Shown here one piece after another: positions 48,036 through 58,984 of a DNA stretch of 64,000 bases (the stretch's first letter is position 1; each line of letters opens with the position of its first letter). The stretch covers positions 1-64,000 of the IMG/VR virus record IMGVR_UViG_3300001533_002283; one strand, written 5' to 3'. The notes under the pieces are model-generated. The model was not told where the DNA came from, searched no databases, and saw only the letters and a list, made by a program, of their open reading frames with translations. The DNA is from a virus. Position numbers and translations under genes: made by a program.

Positions 48036-48515
48036 TTAATCCGAATAAATGTATTGGGGCGTTACTTGCATATTTCCAATCAATTCAATTAATTCTTTCC
48101 AGTCAAGCGGGAATTTTGCCCGTTCGTTGATGAAAATCACCCCGCGAAGGAAACCGTTCCATTCATTAGTGCCAATGTAAATACTAGGGTATTTTTTAAA
48201 CTCCTGCATAAACTCATCATAGGTAAGAACTTGCAAAGGTTGCTCATAATAGCGAATTTCCCGATCCTTCACAAGACCCATCCAATCCTCCCAATTTCCA
48301 CCCGACTTGTTCCTCTGTTTGACGAAAATGTCGATAGACTCCTCTTCGGGGTCATAAACAGGGATAAACTCCCCACCGACATTATCCAACAGTTGAATGT
48401 TTGACTTAATGTTTAATGCAGCTTTATTTTTCTGCACCAGATATTCCTCCGCTTCTTTTTGGGAATTGAAGGAAAGACCTTCTATTTTATACACTTCTGA
48501 TTTTTGTATTTGCAT
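48036..48515 (-). CDS. Hypothetical protein
   Basis: ATAACACTT leader. Confidence 0.7.
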   Translation of the reverse strand: MQIQKSEVYKIEGLSFNSQKEAEEYLVQKNKAALNIKSNIQLLDNVGGEFIPVYDPEEESIDIFVKQRNKSGGNWEDWMGLVKDREIRYYEQPLQVLTYDEFMQEFKKYPSIYIGTNEWNGFLRGVIFINERAKFPLDWKELIELIGNMQVTPQYIYSD

Positions 48516-48712
48516 AAGTGTTATTCGTTATTTTGTTTCAACTCACACCATATTTGTATGCCGATTCTAACTCACCTTCTTCAATATCTGTATAAAGAAT
48601 GTTTAATTTTGCGCGCTCAGACTTGGTATAATCCATTTCGGAATCACGAATTTTGATGATATGTTTGCTCAAATCAGTTTTAATTTCCTTGTATATTTTC
48701 ATAATTTATATT

Positions 48713-48970
48713 TTAAATGCTCTTAAATGGCCCATGAATATCAACATATCTCCAATGGTCACTTATACTTTCGATAAAATCAAATGCCTCTTTTTCGCTT
48801 TCAAATACCTTAAAATTGTCATCCCATTCTCCCCCGCCCATGTGATCACGTTCAAAAAAAGAAGAATATAAAACCAGACATTGATTTTGGGTTAGCTTAG
48901 GAATTTCCATAAAAATTTTTTTCTTAATGATATTGAACGCAAATCGCACACTTCTTCCCGCGAAAATCAA
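48713..48970 (-). CDS. Hypothetical protein
   Basis: Start probably 48910. Confidence 0.55.
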   Translation of the reverse strand: MIFAGRSVRFAFNIIKKKIFMEIPKLTQNQCLVLYSSFFERDHMGGGEWDDNFKVFESEKEAFDFIESISDHWRYVDIHGPFKSI

Positions 48971-49190
48971 CGAGGTAGCACTTATAGTCGTAACTGCCCG
49001 ATTCTAAAATCCGTTCCAGAGTATAATCAGTGGGTCTTAATTCCTTCTCTTTGGTTTTCCAGTGTTCTTTTTCCTCTAAAATGTCGGGCTCTCCAATTAT
49101 GGCAAAATTCCAATCGTCAAGACAAACGCCGACCGACCAGAGATAATCAGTTTCTTCCTTGGAAAATTCTGTGAGTAGTTCAAGTTTCAT
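48924..49190 (-). CDS. Hypothetical protein
   Basis: ATAACACCC leader. Confidence 0.65.
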   Translation of the reverse strand: MKLELLTEFSKEETDYLWSVGVCLDDWNFAIIGEPDILEEKEHWKTKEKELRPTDYTLERILESGSYDYKCYLVDFRGKKCAICVQYH

Positions 49191-49222
49191 GGGTGTTATT
49201 CAACCAGTTCCGCGCCGCCTTG

Positions 49223-49432
49223 TCAACCCTTTTCGTCAATTTTCCCAACTTTTTCTACCCAATGATCCAAAAATATCAATCCGGCAATTAACAGACCAAA
49301 CAAACTTCCAACTAAATATAGCCCGAATTGTTCAAAAATCTTCTTTTTGTTGAACTTGACGGCCCAAGCGAGGGAGAAAAGGCCAGAGACATACCAAAGG
49401 GTAGTAAAAATAATTGTATAACTGTTAATCAT
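49223..49432 (-). CDS. Small membrane protein
   Basis: Two hydrophobic segments; ATGA overlap. Confidence 0.6.
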   Translation of the reverse strand: MINSYTIIFTTLWYVSGLFSLAWAVKFNKKKIFEQFGLYLVGSLFGLLIAGLIFLDHWVEKVGKIDEKG

Positions 49433-49719
49433 AATTTTTTCTTATGAAGGTGCTTGTGCTCGCTCCAGAATTTCTCCCCAGTATAATAATCGTGCAGTTT
49501 TTGAATGTCGGGCGGAACAAAACTATCTATAATTTTCCCATCTCGTTCATTTGCAAAATAGGTGTCATCTTTGTTTAGTTTTTCAATAATGGTTTGAATA
49601 ATTCCTAATTGCGGCTGAATTTGTTTAGCGTGCCAATATTCTTCTAAGGTAACTAAAAGGTTTGTAATGATATGGCGCTCAAGTTGTGATAATTCTACTT
49701 TCATTCTTTTTCCTCCCAA
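49429..49719 (-). CDS. Hypothetical protein
   Basis: Start probably 49704. Confidence 0.6.
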   Translation of the reverse strand: MGGKRMKVELSQLERHIITNLLVTLEEYWHAKQIQPQLGIIQTIIEKLNKDDTYFANERDGKIIDSFVPPDIQKLHDYYTGEKFWSEHKHLHKKKL

Positions 49720-50045
49720 AGTCCAAACACTCTTAGAAATGCCTCTGCCTTTTGCGCCGCCGTTGCGTGGAAAAGAAATTTTGTTCCGCCCTCGTCTAAA
49801 AACCCCTCATATTTTAACCAATTGTCAATATAACCCAAGCATTCTTCCATTTTGTGAGTTGCATTTAAGTTGTTTACGTAGTCTGGAACCGGACGAATGG
49901 AAAACGGTTGGTCTTTCAGTTCTGGAGGAGTTCCCCTTAATTCATATTCACACGAAGCATCCGAGCCGTAGTCCGTTCTAACAGATTTTACATTAATCCA
50001 GCCACAAATTTGGGCGATTAAAAGGTTTTGTTTTTCTGGTGACAT
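49701..50045 (-). CDS. Hypothetical phage protein
   Basis: IA..CGW..PDY...LNA.H..HATAAQ.AEAFL pattern. Confidence 0.65.
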   Translation of the reverse strand: MSPEKQNLLIAQICGWINVKSVRTDYGSDASCEYELRGTPPELKDQPFSIRPVPDYVNNLNATHKMEECLGYIDNWLKYEGFLDEGGTKFLFHATAAQKAEAFLRVFGLWEEKE

Positions 50046-50055
50046 ATTTAACCCC

Positions 50056-50355
50056 TCATCTTGTTTTCAATCCCGCAAAATGTTTGTTTGATTTTACGCT
50101 ACCCATACCAACCATAAGTGATTTAATCAGAATGGTTTTAGTCATTTTGTCATGCTTCACACCCCAATAAGAACCAATATCGCGTAACTCGTCAAGGGAA
50201 AAACGCTCCAACAAGCGAAAAATTCGGGTCTCCGCGCGATACCAGTCGGAAAGAGTGGCGGGTTGATAGGATTTAATTACGCGCATACAAATCTCAGAAA
50301 ATGATCCTCTTGATAGAGGAGACGGGGAAAAAACAGCCAACATCCCTCTTCCCAT
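50056..50355 (-). CDS. Hypothetical protein
   Basis: Start probably 50286. Confidence 0.55.
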   Translation of the reverse strand: MGRGMLAVFSPSPLSRGSFSEICMRVIKSYQPATLSDWYRAETRIFRLLERFSLDELRDIGSYWGVKHDKMTKTILIKSLMVGMGSVKSNKHFAGLKTR

Positions 50356-50668
50356 CCCTCCCGATTATTGAGCAATTATAGTGCTCCTCGCCCGTATCCC
50401 CTATCCACATCGACTGATTTTCTGGAAATTCATCAATGATTGCCTCCCCTTTATATGCCGCCCAAGGACAATCTTCATCAGAAAAATCAATAAAAACCTT
50501 GGTCCCGTTAGGAATCGCCCCGTTCTTAATTGAAATAATTTTCGAATGAAGGTATTCCTGAATTTCTTTAAGAATCTTTTCATCAGAAATTGATTCAATA
50601 CGAGTTACGCAATTCTCAATCAGGGTTTGAACCCGCTCCCGTTTAGATTTATTTTTTGTTTTTACCAT
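50294..50668 (-). CDS. Hypothetical protein
   Basis: Tiles the array. Confidence 0.65.
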   Translation of the reverse strand: MVKTKNKSKRERVQTLIENCVTRIESISDEKILKEIQEYLHSKIISIKNGAIPNGTKVFIDFSDEDCPWAAYKGEAIIDEFPENQSMWIGDTGEEHYNCSIIGRDGKRDVGCFFPVSSIKRIIF

Positions 50669-51228
50669 AGAAGAATATCCTCTTCCTCTCCGCCCTCAAT
50701 GTCAAGATGATTTTTCAACGGCGCGAGCATTTTATATCCCCGTTTCATCAAAACATCCGCTAATTTTACCATCAGCGGATTAGGCCCGGCGATTGATCGT
50801 TTATTTTCTACTAGAGCTAATGCATCCCTCTCGTTCCATTCGCCAAGTAAATAACACAAAATGATGTAACATGCTGCGGTTGAGCGACTTTTGCCAGCTT
50901 GACACGCACAAAGCAAGTTAATTTTCTCGCCTTTTTCCAACCTATCCTCAATTATAATCGCGCTATCAATAATACCCGCAACTAAATCTTGGTCGGGCAT
51001 TTTATAGCCAGTTTTTTTATGCTCTTGAGTCCACACGTCATGGACTTCATGGGTGTTAAAATATTCAATTTCTCCCAAGACAGAAGACACTCCCTTGTAA
51101 GAATACCTTTCTTTTTTAATCTGGCCGGGGTGATTAAATCCAATGAAATAATTAATATTTTTATCCGCGAGATATTTTAGCTCGTCGCGACCGGAGATAT
51201 AGAAGGTGAAATTGTTAGGGAGTGGCAT
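50662..51228 (-). CDS. Cys-based protein tyrosine/dual-specificity phosphatase
   Basis: CQAGKSRS (Cx5R) and PN..M motifs. Confidence 0.85.
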   Translation of the reverse strand: MPLPNNFTFYISGRDELKYLADKNINYFIGFNHPGQIKKERYSYKGVSSVLGEIEYFNTHEVHDVWTQEHKKTGYKMPDQDLVAGIIDSAIIIEDRLEKGEKINLLCACQAGKSRSTAACYIILCYLLGEWNERDALALVENKRSIAGPNPLMVKLADVLMKRGYKMLAPLKNHLDIEGGEEEDILLW

Positions 51229-51231
51229 AAG

Positions 51232-51960
51232 TCAATGATGCCCTTCTGATTTATATGCTTTTTTATTCATAAATTTCTTTAGTTTTTCAAGAGAAATCGG
51301 CGCTCCATCATTATATTTCAGCAAATTCTCATAACCAACATCCGCGATTTTCCCACAATCCGTTGTCACCCAATCAGATTCACGACTAGAGCAATGCTCG
51401 TGAGAATGCAACATCCAGCTCTGCCGCACCATTTTGTTCCAGCTACGGATAGCATAGTGACAAATTGAGATTTGCAAACCATTAATATCTAATTCAGCAT
51501 AGTTTGGGATATAAGTTAGAATTTTCTCATTCAAAGACACCTCGTAAGTTGAACTCATATCGTCTAAGGGATAAACCTCGGCCAAAATAGTCCCATCCAA
51601 CATCACCAAATCAGGATATTTCCAAGATAGCGAACTCCGATAATTCTGCAACCATCCGCTAAAATGATTTCCGGGTTGGACGAAGACTTGTTTGAAATTA
51701 AGTCGGCGGAAGAGATTTTGAAATTCATTTCCCTTGGGGTCGTTAAAAATAATATCCCCAAGAAGAAAAATAATAGAATTTTTGTCGCAAACTTTATTCC
51801 ATGCTTGAATTTGAAATTCGTCATGCTCTTCACCAGATTCAAACCCGCGCATTTTCCATAAGGGGTTGTCCCACATTGGCCTATGTCGGTGATGCATACA
51901 CCCAAGAAAGAAAAAATTCTTGTCCTCTCCTTTGAATTTTAATGTTTTAAGCATAATCAA
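51232..51960 (-). CDS. Metallophosphoesterase (calcineurin-like, divergent)
   Basis: LGD, GNH, CHY, LHSHEH; first motif is GCMH instead of DxH. Confidence 0.8.
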   Translation of the reverse strand: MIMLKTLKFKGEDKNFFFLGCMHHRHRPMWDNPLWKMRGFESGEEHDEFQIQAWNKVCDKNSIIFLLGDIIFNDPKGNEFQNLFRRLNFKQVFVQPGNHFSGWLQNYRSSLSWKYPDLVMLDGTILAEVYPLDDMSSTYEVSLNEKILTYIPNYAELDINGLQISICHYAIRSWNKMVRQSWMLHSHEHCSSRESDWVTTDCGKIADVGYENLLKYNDGAPISLEKLKKFMNKKAYKSEGHH

Positions 51961-52169
51961 TCAATCGTTTTCTTTTCTTGTTCCCCCGCTATTTTTGCTT
52001 CCTCCCAAGTCTCCAACGTATCAATCAATTTTGAACCAACAAATAGGTCAAATACTTTTACATCATAAACTTCCGTATCACCCATCGCACGGAAAACACC
52101 ACCGACTTCCAGTCGAGGACGGATTTTCACTCCTTTACCAAAATCATATTCGCGGAAGAATTTGCTCAT
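51957..52169 (-). CDS. Hypothetical protein
   Basis: Tiles the array. Confidence 0.6.
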   Translation of the reverse strand: MSKFFREYDFGKGVKIRPRLEVGGVFRAMGDTEVYDVKVFDLFVGSKLIDTLETWEEAKIAGEQEKKTID

Positions 52170-52310
52170 TTATGATAATAAAATTGCTGTTCACCATTCT
52201 TGTCAAGATAAACGCAACAAAAAGCAAGATGAACTTCCTCCCAAACGCCTAATTCTTTAGAAAGCGACTCTATTTTATCTGAATAAATTTCGCACGCTTC
52301 AACGGCGGAT

Positions 52311-52595
52311 TCAAGATTGGGATGGATTTTCATCTAGAATAAAATTTAATGCCTTATAAGTTCCCAAAACAACAGATTGGTATTCAAAGAGTTTTGCTTC
52401 TAATTCTTTTTTATCCATTTCATATATTTGATCATGATTTGTCGAATAGATTTTGTATTCACCAGAATCATCTTGCTCTACCCAGCCCTCATTGTCTGAG
52501 TCCCAGCCGTCATGAAGAATGCGAAAGCGAAAAACGGTTTTATTTTTGTTCGGGTTCATTCTAACAAACATACAAGATTTCCCCGCCCTCGTCAA
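52311..52595 (-). CDS. Hypothetical protein
   Basis: Start probably 52559. Confidence 0.6.
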   Translation of the reverse strand: MTRAGKSCMFVRMNPNKNKTVFRFRILHDGWDSDNEGWVEQDDSGEYKIYSTNHDQIYEMDKKELEAKLFEYQSVVLGTYKALNFILDENPSQS

Positions 52596-53005
52596 GGGGA
52601 ATAGTCAGATTTTCATGCTGGCGGCGAATCACATCAATGGGCACCTTTCTCGCCCGCTTCTCATTATTTAAAATACATTGGTCAAGACTTGTTTGAAAGA
52701 CAACCCAAGTTTTCTGATAGCCATGCGCGGTTGCCAAACGATTCCAAATCAAGCGGTTTTTACGATTATAGTTAGTTTGGTCAATGAGTATGTTCTTCCT
52801 TAGAATCATGAAATAACCAACCATATTTTCCAAAGTTTGGAATACATGATGATTCCGATCTTGATTGGATTCATCTCCGGTCATGCATAACCGCATTGTA
52901 TCCGCATTTAAATAGATATAGTCGGGATTCTGTTCTAGGAATTTTCGCGCCCAAGTGGATTTTCCACAGCCAGCGGGGCCGATGGTCAGAACAATTTGTT
53001 TGTTT

Positions 53006-53013
<8 letters not shown>
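52561..53013 (-). CDS. P-loop polynucleotide kinase (AAA_33/PNK kinase domain)
   Basis: GPAGCGKST, D.TN...R, NEKR.RKVP.DVI. Confidence 0.82.
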
Positions 53014-53616
<603 letters not shown>

Positions 53617-53617
<1 letters not shown>

Positions 53618-54903
53618 TAAGCGGCCTCCTCCATGTCAACTTGATTCTCGTCAGACTTAATAATACCCTCGCCGACTTTAAAATAAAATCCTTTTTCTTT
53701 CAGGAATTTAACAGTATTTCCGACCGCGTATCTAACAATTACCCCTTCGGAGTAGTGACGATTATCTTCTGGATCGGCTTTATCCAAATATGACTTAACT
53801 TTCTCATAAAGCGCCTCTTTATTTCCGTCGTAAATAAACTCTGGTTCAAACTCGTGTGGCGCTTTCACACCAATATTTTTGGCCAATTTCTTAACTTCTT
53901 CTAAGGATAGTCCGATAGAATGACCATCCTCATTTGTAAACGTCGCATGATACAGCATGAATGAATGTGCACCTTCCGTGTCTTCGTAAGAGAAGAACAT
54001 GGGGCTATTATATTGATTCTTAATCTCTTTAAATTCTGGTTTATTTAAATCATGTGGGGCCATAATCGGTTTTCCATTCGCCCAGCCCGTGATTTCGCCA
54101 TACAGAGTGTAACCAAAAGGAATTTTATCTTTGATTAGTGGGAGAATTTCATAACGGAAGGATTCCGAGCCGTGAAAACCCTCCTTGTTTGTTTCGTGTG
54201 GCAGTAACACCACGCGGCGAGTCCCCAAAAGATACTCTCTCTTAGATTCCGAGAAAACCTTAACAAATTTATTAATAAATCGTTTAAACTTATTGAGTTC
54301 GATAATTTGCGAAACATACCCTGCCCGAAAGCTCGTTCCGTGACGCTTGTTTTGGAGAGAAATTAATGCTCCTTTGGGAATTTCCCCGATCATATAGCGT
54401 AATTGTTCGGTGTCTGCGTGCTCTTTCAGCATTTTGCTAACGGGCTGTTTCTTTCCTTGTTTTGCGGCGTTGGCCTGAGCTTTTAAAGTAGCTGGCGTAT
54501 AATATTTCTGACAAATCTTTACCTTGTTCAATTCAGTAAACTTATCGCCCACTTTTAGCTTGGAAACGTTAACCCCTGTGTATTCTAAGCAAGAAATCGG
54601 GGACCAAAAACCACAAGATTTAACTCCTTTGAACTTCTGCGAGCGGATTCGGGCCTTGCCTTTTGTAAAAAACCCGCCGCCAATTCGTTTGCCGTCTTTA
54701 TCTAAAGTTGGGAACAACCCGTTCTTTTCACAAAATTCATCCTCGAAAATACCATCTTCGGGGAAAAATACTCCAATGTCACCAATCTTGGTATTAACAG
54801 AAACAACAACCCCACTGTTTAACACCGTGGCGGCAACAATGCGGTCGGCACCCTCGATAGGGCGAATAGAATCAATTTTTGCGATAATAGCTTCGTAACT
54901 CAT
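53617..54903 (-). CDS. RNA ligase (DRB0094/Rnl-type with N-terminal OB-like domain)
   Basis: IEGADRI N-terminus; nucleotidyltransferase motifs KRHGTS, YGEI, EGVIVR, KEK. Confidence 0.85.
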
Positions 54904-54949
54904 AGATTAGTTAGTTTGTTCGTTCTCGGTCAAAAATCAAGAGAATTTT

Positions 54950-55141
54950 TCAAGTTTTCCAAATAATTTCAGGTCGCTCCGTCTTAACTTCAGGCCCTTC
55001 CCACGAAACACCATCGGCCATTGCTTTAACAAATTCGGCGTTTAATTTTTGTCGGTGTTCATTCGCGGCAAAGGCGTCAGAATTAGGGCCAAAATACCAA
55101 TTATTAATATAATCTCGTTTAATTTTAGATAGAGTTCTCAT
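54950..55141 (-). CDS. Hypothetical protein
   Basis: Tiles the array. Confidence 0.55.
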   Translation of the reverse strand: MRTLSKIKRDYINNWYFGPNSDAFAANEHRQKLNAEFVKAMADGVSWEGPEVKTERPEIIWKT

Positions 55142-55143
55142 AA

Positions 55144-55560
55144 TTAAACCTCCACCAACTTCTTAAATTTCTCAATCTTTTCCAATTCTTCCTGCTTTAC
55201 TTTTTCCGCCCGTTCCCGTTCCAACTCCATTCGCCGCGCCTTTTCGGTCTCAATTTCCGCTTCAAAACCTTTCATTAATTCGCCAACTTTCGCCACCCAA
55301 GGCCCATCAACTTGAAAACCTAGTTTTTTACCATCGTTATTAAATTCGTAAAATGATGAATACCAAGAGTCTAAATTGTAAATTTTCAGTCTTTCTCCAT
55401 CGGGCGCGACCATATAGACGGTTAGTGAACAGCCGGTTGAGTGAGAGTGATAGTCAAACATGTATAAACCTTCCGTAAAACAAAAGGTGTATCCCCACCG
55501 TTCGGTTTTGCGGAGATTCAGACGATATATTTCTTCAATGATTTTTGTGTATGAGTTCAT
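55144..55560 (-). CDS. Hypothetical protein
   Basis: 138-aa ORF. Confidence 0.7.
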   Translation of the reverse strand: MNSYTKIIEEIYRLNLRKTERWGYTFCFTEGLYMFDYHSHSTGCSLTVYMVAPDGERLKIYNLDSWYSSFYEFNNDGKKLGFQVDGPWVAKVGELMKGFEAEIETEKARRMELERERAEKVKQEELEKIEKFKKLVEV

Positions 55561-55569
55561 GGTTAAAAT

Positions 55570-55959
55570 TCAAATTCCCTTCGGTATTAAATGAAAACAA
55601 TCTCGCGGCCAAGCGTGATAAAGGGCAAAATATTTGTCGGAATAAATCTTCACCTGCTCTTCCTTATTTTTCGCAAAGAGTTTTAGTCTATCAATTTCTT
55701 GTCTCGCAACCTCCGGCGCGAGTTCAATTACTCGTTTGCGGGCTAAATCCAGCGGAGCATGTCCTTCAACTGCATAACTTGTCCCACCCGAATAACAATT
55801 TTCGGTCCAACCAGTCAAGATTTGATCGGCGACATGTTTAATGATCGTGTCTTGACAAGCAAGGGTTTCAATCAATTCGATTTTATCTTCGGGAGATAGT
55901 GAATCAAGAAGATTGGAAATGTCGATGGTTAGTTGGCCTTTATTTAGTTTAGCGTTCAT
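55570..55959 (-). CDS. Hypothetical protein
   Basis: 129-aa ORF. Confidence 0.7.
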   Translation of the reverse strand: MNAKLNKGQLTIDISNLLDSLSPEDKIELIETLACQDTIIKHVADQILTGWTENCYSGGTSYAVEGHAPLDLARKRVIELAPEVARQEIDRLKLFAKNKEEQVKIYSDKYFALYHAWPRDCFHLIPKGI

Positions 55960-55963
55960 GATT

Positions 55964-56203
55964 TTATTCCTCCATTAAAGTTTCCCACGCCTCTTGATTT
56001 GTAAAAATAAATTCAAAAAGTTCGTCTTCTGCACCTTCGGGCCAAAGAATGGCGCGATAAAAATCTTCATGGGAAATACGCGCAGGCTCAACCTCAATAT
56101 AGTCAAACTTTGCGCTAGTTAGCCGCTCCACATTATCGCAAAACGCCTGAAAATCGTGATAGTCGGGCGCGGTTAGAATCGTTGGTTTCACATTAATATT
56201 CAT
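55964..56203 (-). CDS. Hypothetical protein
   Basis: Tiles the array. Confidence 0.6.
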   Translation of the reverse strand: MNINVKPTILTAPDYHDFQAFCDNVERLTSAKFDYIEVEPARISHEDFYRAILWPEGAEDELFEFIFTNQEAWETLMEE

Positions 56204-56214
56204 GGTTAAAAATC

Positions 56215-56607
56215 TTATTCTCCGTCATTATACAAATCCGTTCCAAGTTCACTAGCTTTATTCCGAATCACATCCATAACAGAAGTCAATCGCCGAATCT
56301 CATATACGGAATTCTGTGTCTTAACCTCCCAGCCAGAACCATCCGGTAAAACCTCGAATGACTGAACGATTGAACTGCGAAACCACCCATGTTTCCCCAT
56401 TGGGTTAGACTGATTTGCCAAGCGGGTAAAAATAATCGGTTCACCAACCTTGAGCATTCGCGGGTCAAAAAATCCAATCAGCCAATAGTTGTTAGGGATA
56501 TTTCCCGGATTAATCTCACTTTTTTTCTCTAAACTCCAAAAAATATCACTTGGATAATTCTTCCGCATTAACTCGGCGGATTGTTGAAGTGTTAGTGGTT
56601 GGCGCAT
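56215..56607 (-). CDS. Hypothetical protein
   Basis: Promoter upstream; T.NSVY motif. Confidence 0.7.
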   Translation of the reverse strand: MRQPLTLQQSAELMRKNYPSDIFWSLEKKSEINPGNIPNNYWLIGFFDPRMLKVGEPIIFTRLANQSNPMGKHGWFRSSIVQSFEVLPDGSGWEVKTQNSVYEIRRLTSVMDVIRNKASELGTDLYNDGE

Positions 56608-56648
56608 GTGTAGAGATTGCTAGATTTGGGCGGAAAAGTCAAGAAGTT

Positions 56649-56888
56649 TTATTTCTCCACCGGTTTAAAAAACCCCCAATTCAACATTTCTTTTTCATGT
56701 CCCACCAAATATACGGCGACCCAAGATGAAAGCACATCCACATGGGAGAGTTCATAAGTTTCTCCCATGACCAAATTATTTTTACAAAAATTCTTCATGG
56801 ATAGAAACATAGGGTAATAAAAATCGGGGACGCCAACAAAAATTACTTTATCCCCCGCTTTGGGCCAGATTGGTTGTGTGTTATTCAT
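56649..56888 (-). CDS. Hypothetical protein
   Basis: ATGA overlap. Confidence 0.6.
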   Translation of the reverse strand: MNNTQPIWPKAGDKVIFVGVPDFYYPMFLSMKNFCKNNLVMGETYELSHVDVLSSWVAVYLVGHEKEMLNWGFFKPVEK

Positions 56889-57235
56889 GGTTCGTTAATA
56901 ATTTCATTCACACTAAAATACCTTTTTAGCCCAATTTCAATCTTTTTCTTTAAAAAGTGTTCTGCATGAACGATAAAATCCCGCGCTATTTCATTATCCT
57001 TACGCCTTTTCAACTCTTCAATCCCAACTAAATAAAACTGGGTAAGAAATTCTGGCGTATGCTCAGGACGGGCCAAATTCCAGTGGATGAGATCACCGAA
57101 GGGGTTGCGTGGCATCAGGTGATTATTGAATATCATTTTGACGGTGTTGTGTAAATAACCCGTCTCCATTTCATCCAAAGGGATTTTTTCCCCGAAACGA
57201 TTATACCAATGGGTGATTTGATTTGTGGTGCTCAT
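56885..57235 (-). CDS. Hypothetical phage protein
   Basis: W....G..I...EM.T.YL.N motif. Confidence 0.65.
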   Translation of the reverse strand: MSTTNQITHWYNRFGEKIPLDEMETGYLHNTVKMIFNNHLMPRNPFGDLIHWNLARPEHTPEFLTQFYLVGIEELKRRKDNEIARDFIVHAEHFLKKKIEIGLKRYFSVNEIINEP

Positions 57236-57243
57236 AAAATCTT

Positions 57244-57798
57244 TTAACTCCGCACCTTAATCCCTGTCAATTCACAAAATCCTTCTGAATAATAAACGGG
57301 ATCGCCGCCAAATGAAAAGGCTGAACGATTGATCTCTTCGGTTTTTTCTAATGATTCTGGATTTACAAATGGAACAAAATCTTTTAGCTTTTGATTTTTC
57401 TTCTGGTTCAGTTCTTCTATCTTTTTATTCAATTGATAAATCTCCCCGTCGATTTCCTCAATTTCCTCAATCAAAGCGGTGTTATCCTCCTCAATGATTT
57501 CAAAATTCTCAGGATTCAACGCTTTGTAATTATTACTCCAAGTGTAACTATATCGGTCGGAAAAAGTTACCTTAAAAACCCCATAGTATGAGTGCCAAAT
57601 TCGACCTAGCTTCCCCTCGGTTTTTACAAGTGTGCCGTTAATTTTCTTGAGATTATCCCTCATAGAGTGAACCTCTTCCCTATATTTCTCCGCTTCGGTT
57701 TTGCTATCAGTAGTTTCGCGTAGCTTGTCTAATTGGGCGGCGCGTTTCACCAGTTCGTATTTTTGTTGTGTGTTCATATTTATTTGTTTTCCAACCAT
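57244..57798 (-). CDS. Hypothetical protein
   Basis: Start probably 57777. Confidence 0.7.
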   Translation of the reverse strand: MVGKQINMNTQQKYELVKRAAQLDKLRETTDSKTEAEKYREEVHSMRDNLKKINGTLVKTEGKLGRIWHSYYGVFKVTFSDRYSYTWSNNYKALNPENFEIIEEDNTALIEEIEEIDGEIYQLNKKIEELNQKKNQKLKDFVPFVNPESLEKTEEINRSAFSFGGDPVYYSEGFCELTGIKVRS

Positions 57799-57995
57799 TC
57801 GTTAAATTCCACCCAAGTAATTGTATCTACAACGTGCATTCCTTCCCAAGCAATGTAATAAAATCGGATATTTTCAGAGCCGAACCAAATGCCATTCAGT
57901 CCGAGTATAGTATCCTCAGTGACAAAATGCTTAAGAAACGATTCTTCGCGGGCATTCACTTGATCCTCTAATCGTTTGAGTTGTTCGATAATCAT
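57780..57995 (-). CDS. Hypothetical protein
   Basis: Tiles the array. Confidence 0.6.
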   Translation of the reverse strand: MIIEQLKRLEDQVNAREESFLKHFVTEDTILGLNGIWFGSENIRFYYIAWEGMHVVDTITWVEFNEWLENK

Positions 57996-58039
57996 AAAAT
58001 TATCCCATCAGATTTCGCCCGAATCGTCAATCTAATTCC

Positions 58040-58936
58040 TCAAATTCGCCCCATGATTTTGAATATTGCGCGATCCTTACCTTTCAGTTCGCAATCCCAG
58101 AAAACATCTCGTCCAAAAGATTGTGGTTTTCCGTTTGGCATATCCGCATGTTTTCGCGTCCCGTCCGCACTTTCCGAATAGTGAAAAATAGGAATGAAGT
58201 TTCCCCAAGTTGAGTAAGCAAGGTGGAAATCTTCCTCCTCTGTTTTTCCATGATTGAGGAAAGTCCGATGAAGAGAATCAAAAGTTACGGGGATGCCAGC
58301 GGTTAAGTAGAAATATTTGTGCAAATTAGTGATGGACCAATCGCCATTTGCGTTGTCATTCACCTCAAAAACCAAACGGGAGCGGACTGATTCTGAGAGT
58401 TTACCAACATTTTTTAAAACGGTTTTCGAAATCAAATTAACATCCCCGTCTTTCCTCACATGAATGTTAATGGGTGAATTGTAATTCTTTGGCAAACCAA
58501 TCCTCTCATAAAGTTCCCCGTGCGATTCCAAATCTCTGATTGAGTTTTGAGAAACCGATTCTGATTCAGAGGAGAGACTAACATATTCCGAAGGATGGCT
58601 AGAAATTCGGACCCCAGTTTCTTCTATCGCCGCGCGAATAACACCTAAAGCCCGCTGGATTTCAGAAAAGTTTGGCAAGTCTTCTAAGTGCAAGTCGATT
58701 GCAGGATGGTCTAACAAGGGAATTAAACTAGAACTCATTCTATAACCAGAAATGCCATTTTGCCCACAAAAGCGAATTGTTTCCGCCGTGAGTAGAAGGT
58801 TGTGCAAAATTCTCTCTGAAAGAATTGGCAGGGCTTTTTCTTTCCCGAGTTGGGAAAATCTTGAATAGGTCATCGTCTGGAACTTTTTTCCAGAGTCAGA
58901 GAGTGTGTTACTGATGCAGCAGAGGGAGAGGTTCAT
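58040..58936 (-). CDS. uvsE: UV damage endonuclease UvsE/UVDE
   Basis: CCI, YRMSS.L.P, R.S.HP, INIH, RL..E.ND, FD..H, FHYSE, HAD, E.K.K. Confidence 0.9.
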   Translation of the reverse strand: MNLSLCCISNTLSDSGKKFQTMTYSRFSQLGKEKALPILSERILHNLLLTAETIRFCGQNGISGYRMSSSLIPLLDHPAIDLHLEDLPNFSEIQRALGVIRAAIEETGVRISSHPSEYVSLSSESESVSQNSIRDLESHGELYERIGLPKNYNSPINIHVRKDGDVNLISKTVLKNVGKLSESVRSRLVFEVNDNANGDWSITNLHKYFYLTAGIPVTFDSLHRTFLNHGKTEEEDFHLAYSTWGNFIPIFHYSESADGTRKHADMPNGKPQSFGRDVFWDCELKGKDRAIFKIMGRI

Positions 58937-58984
58937 GGGGTGAGAGTGGAGATTCGTGAGGAAAAATCAAGATATTTTTTAAAA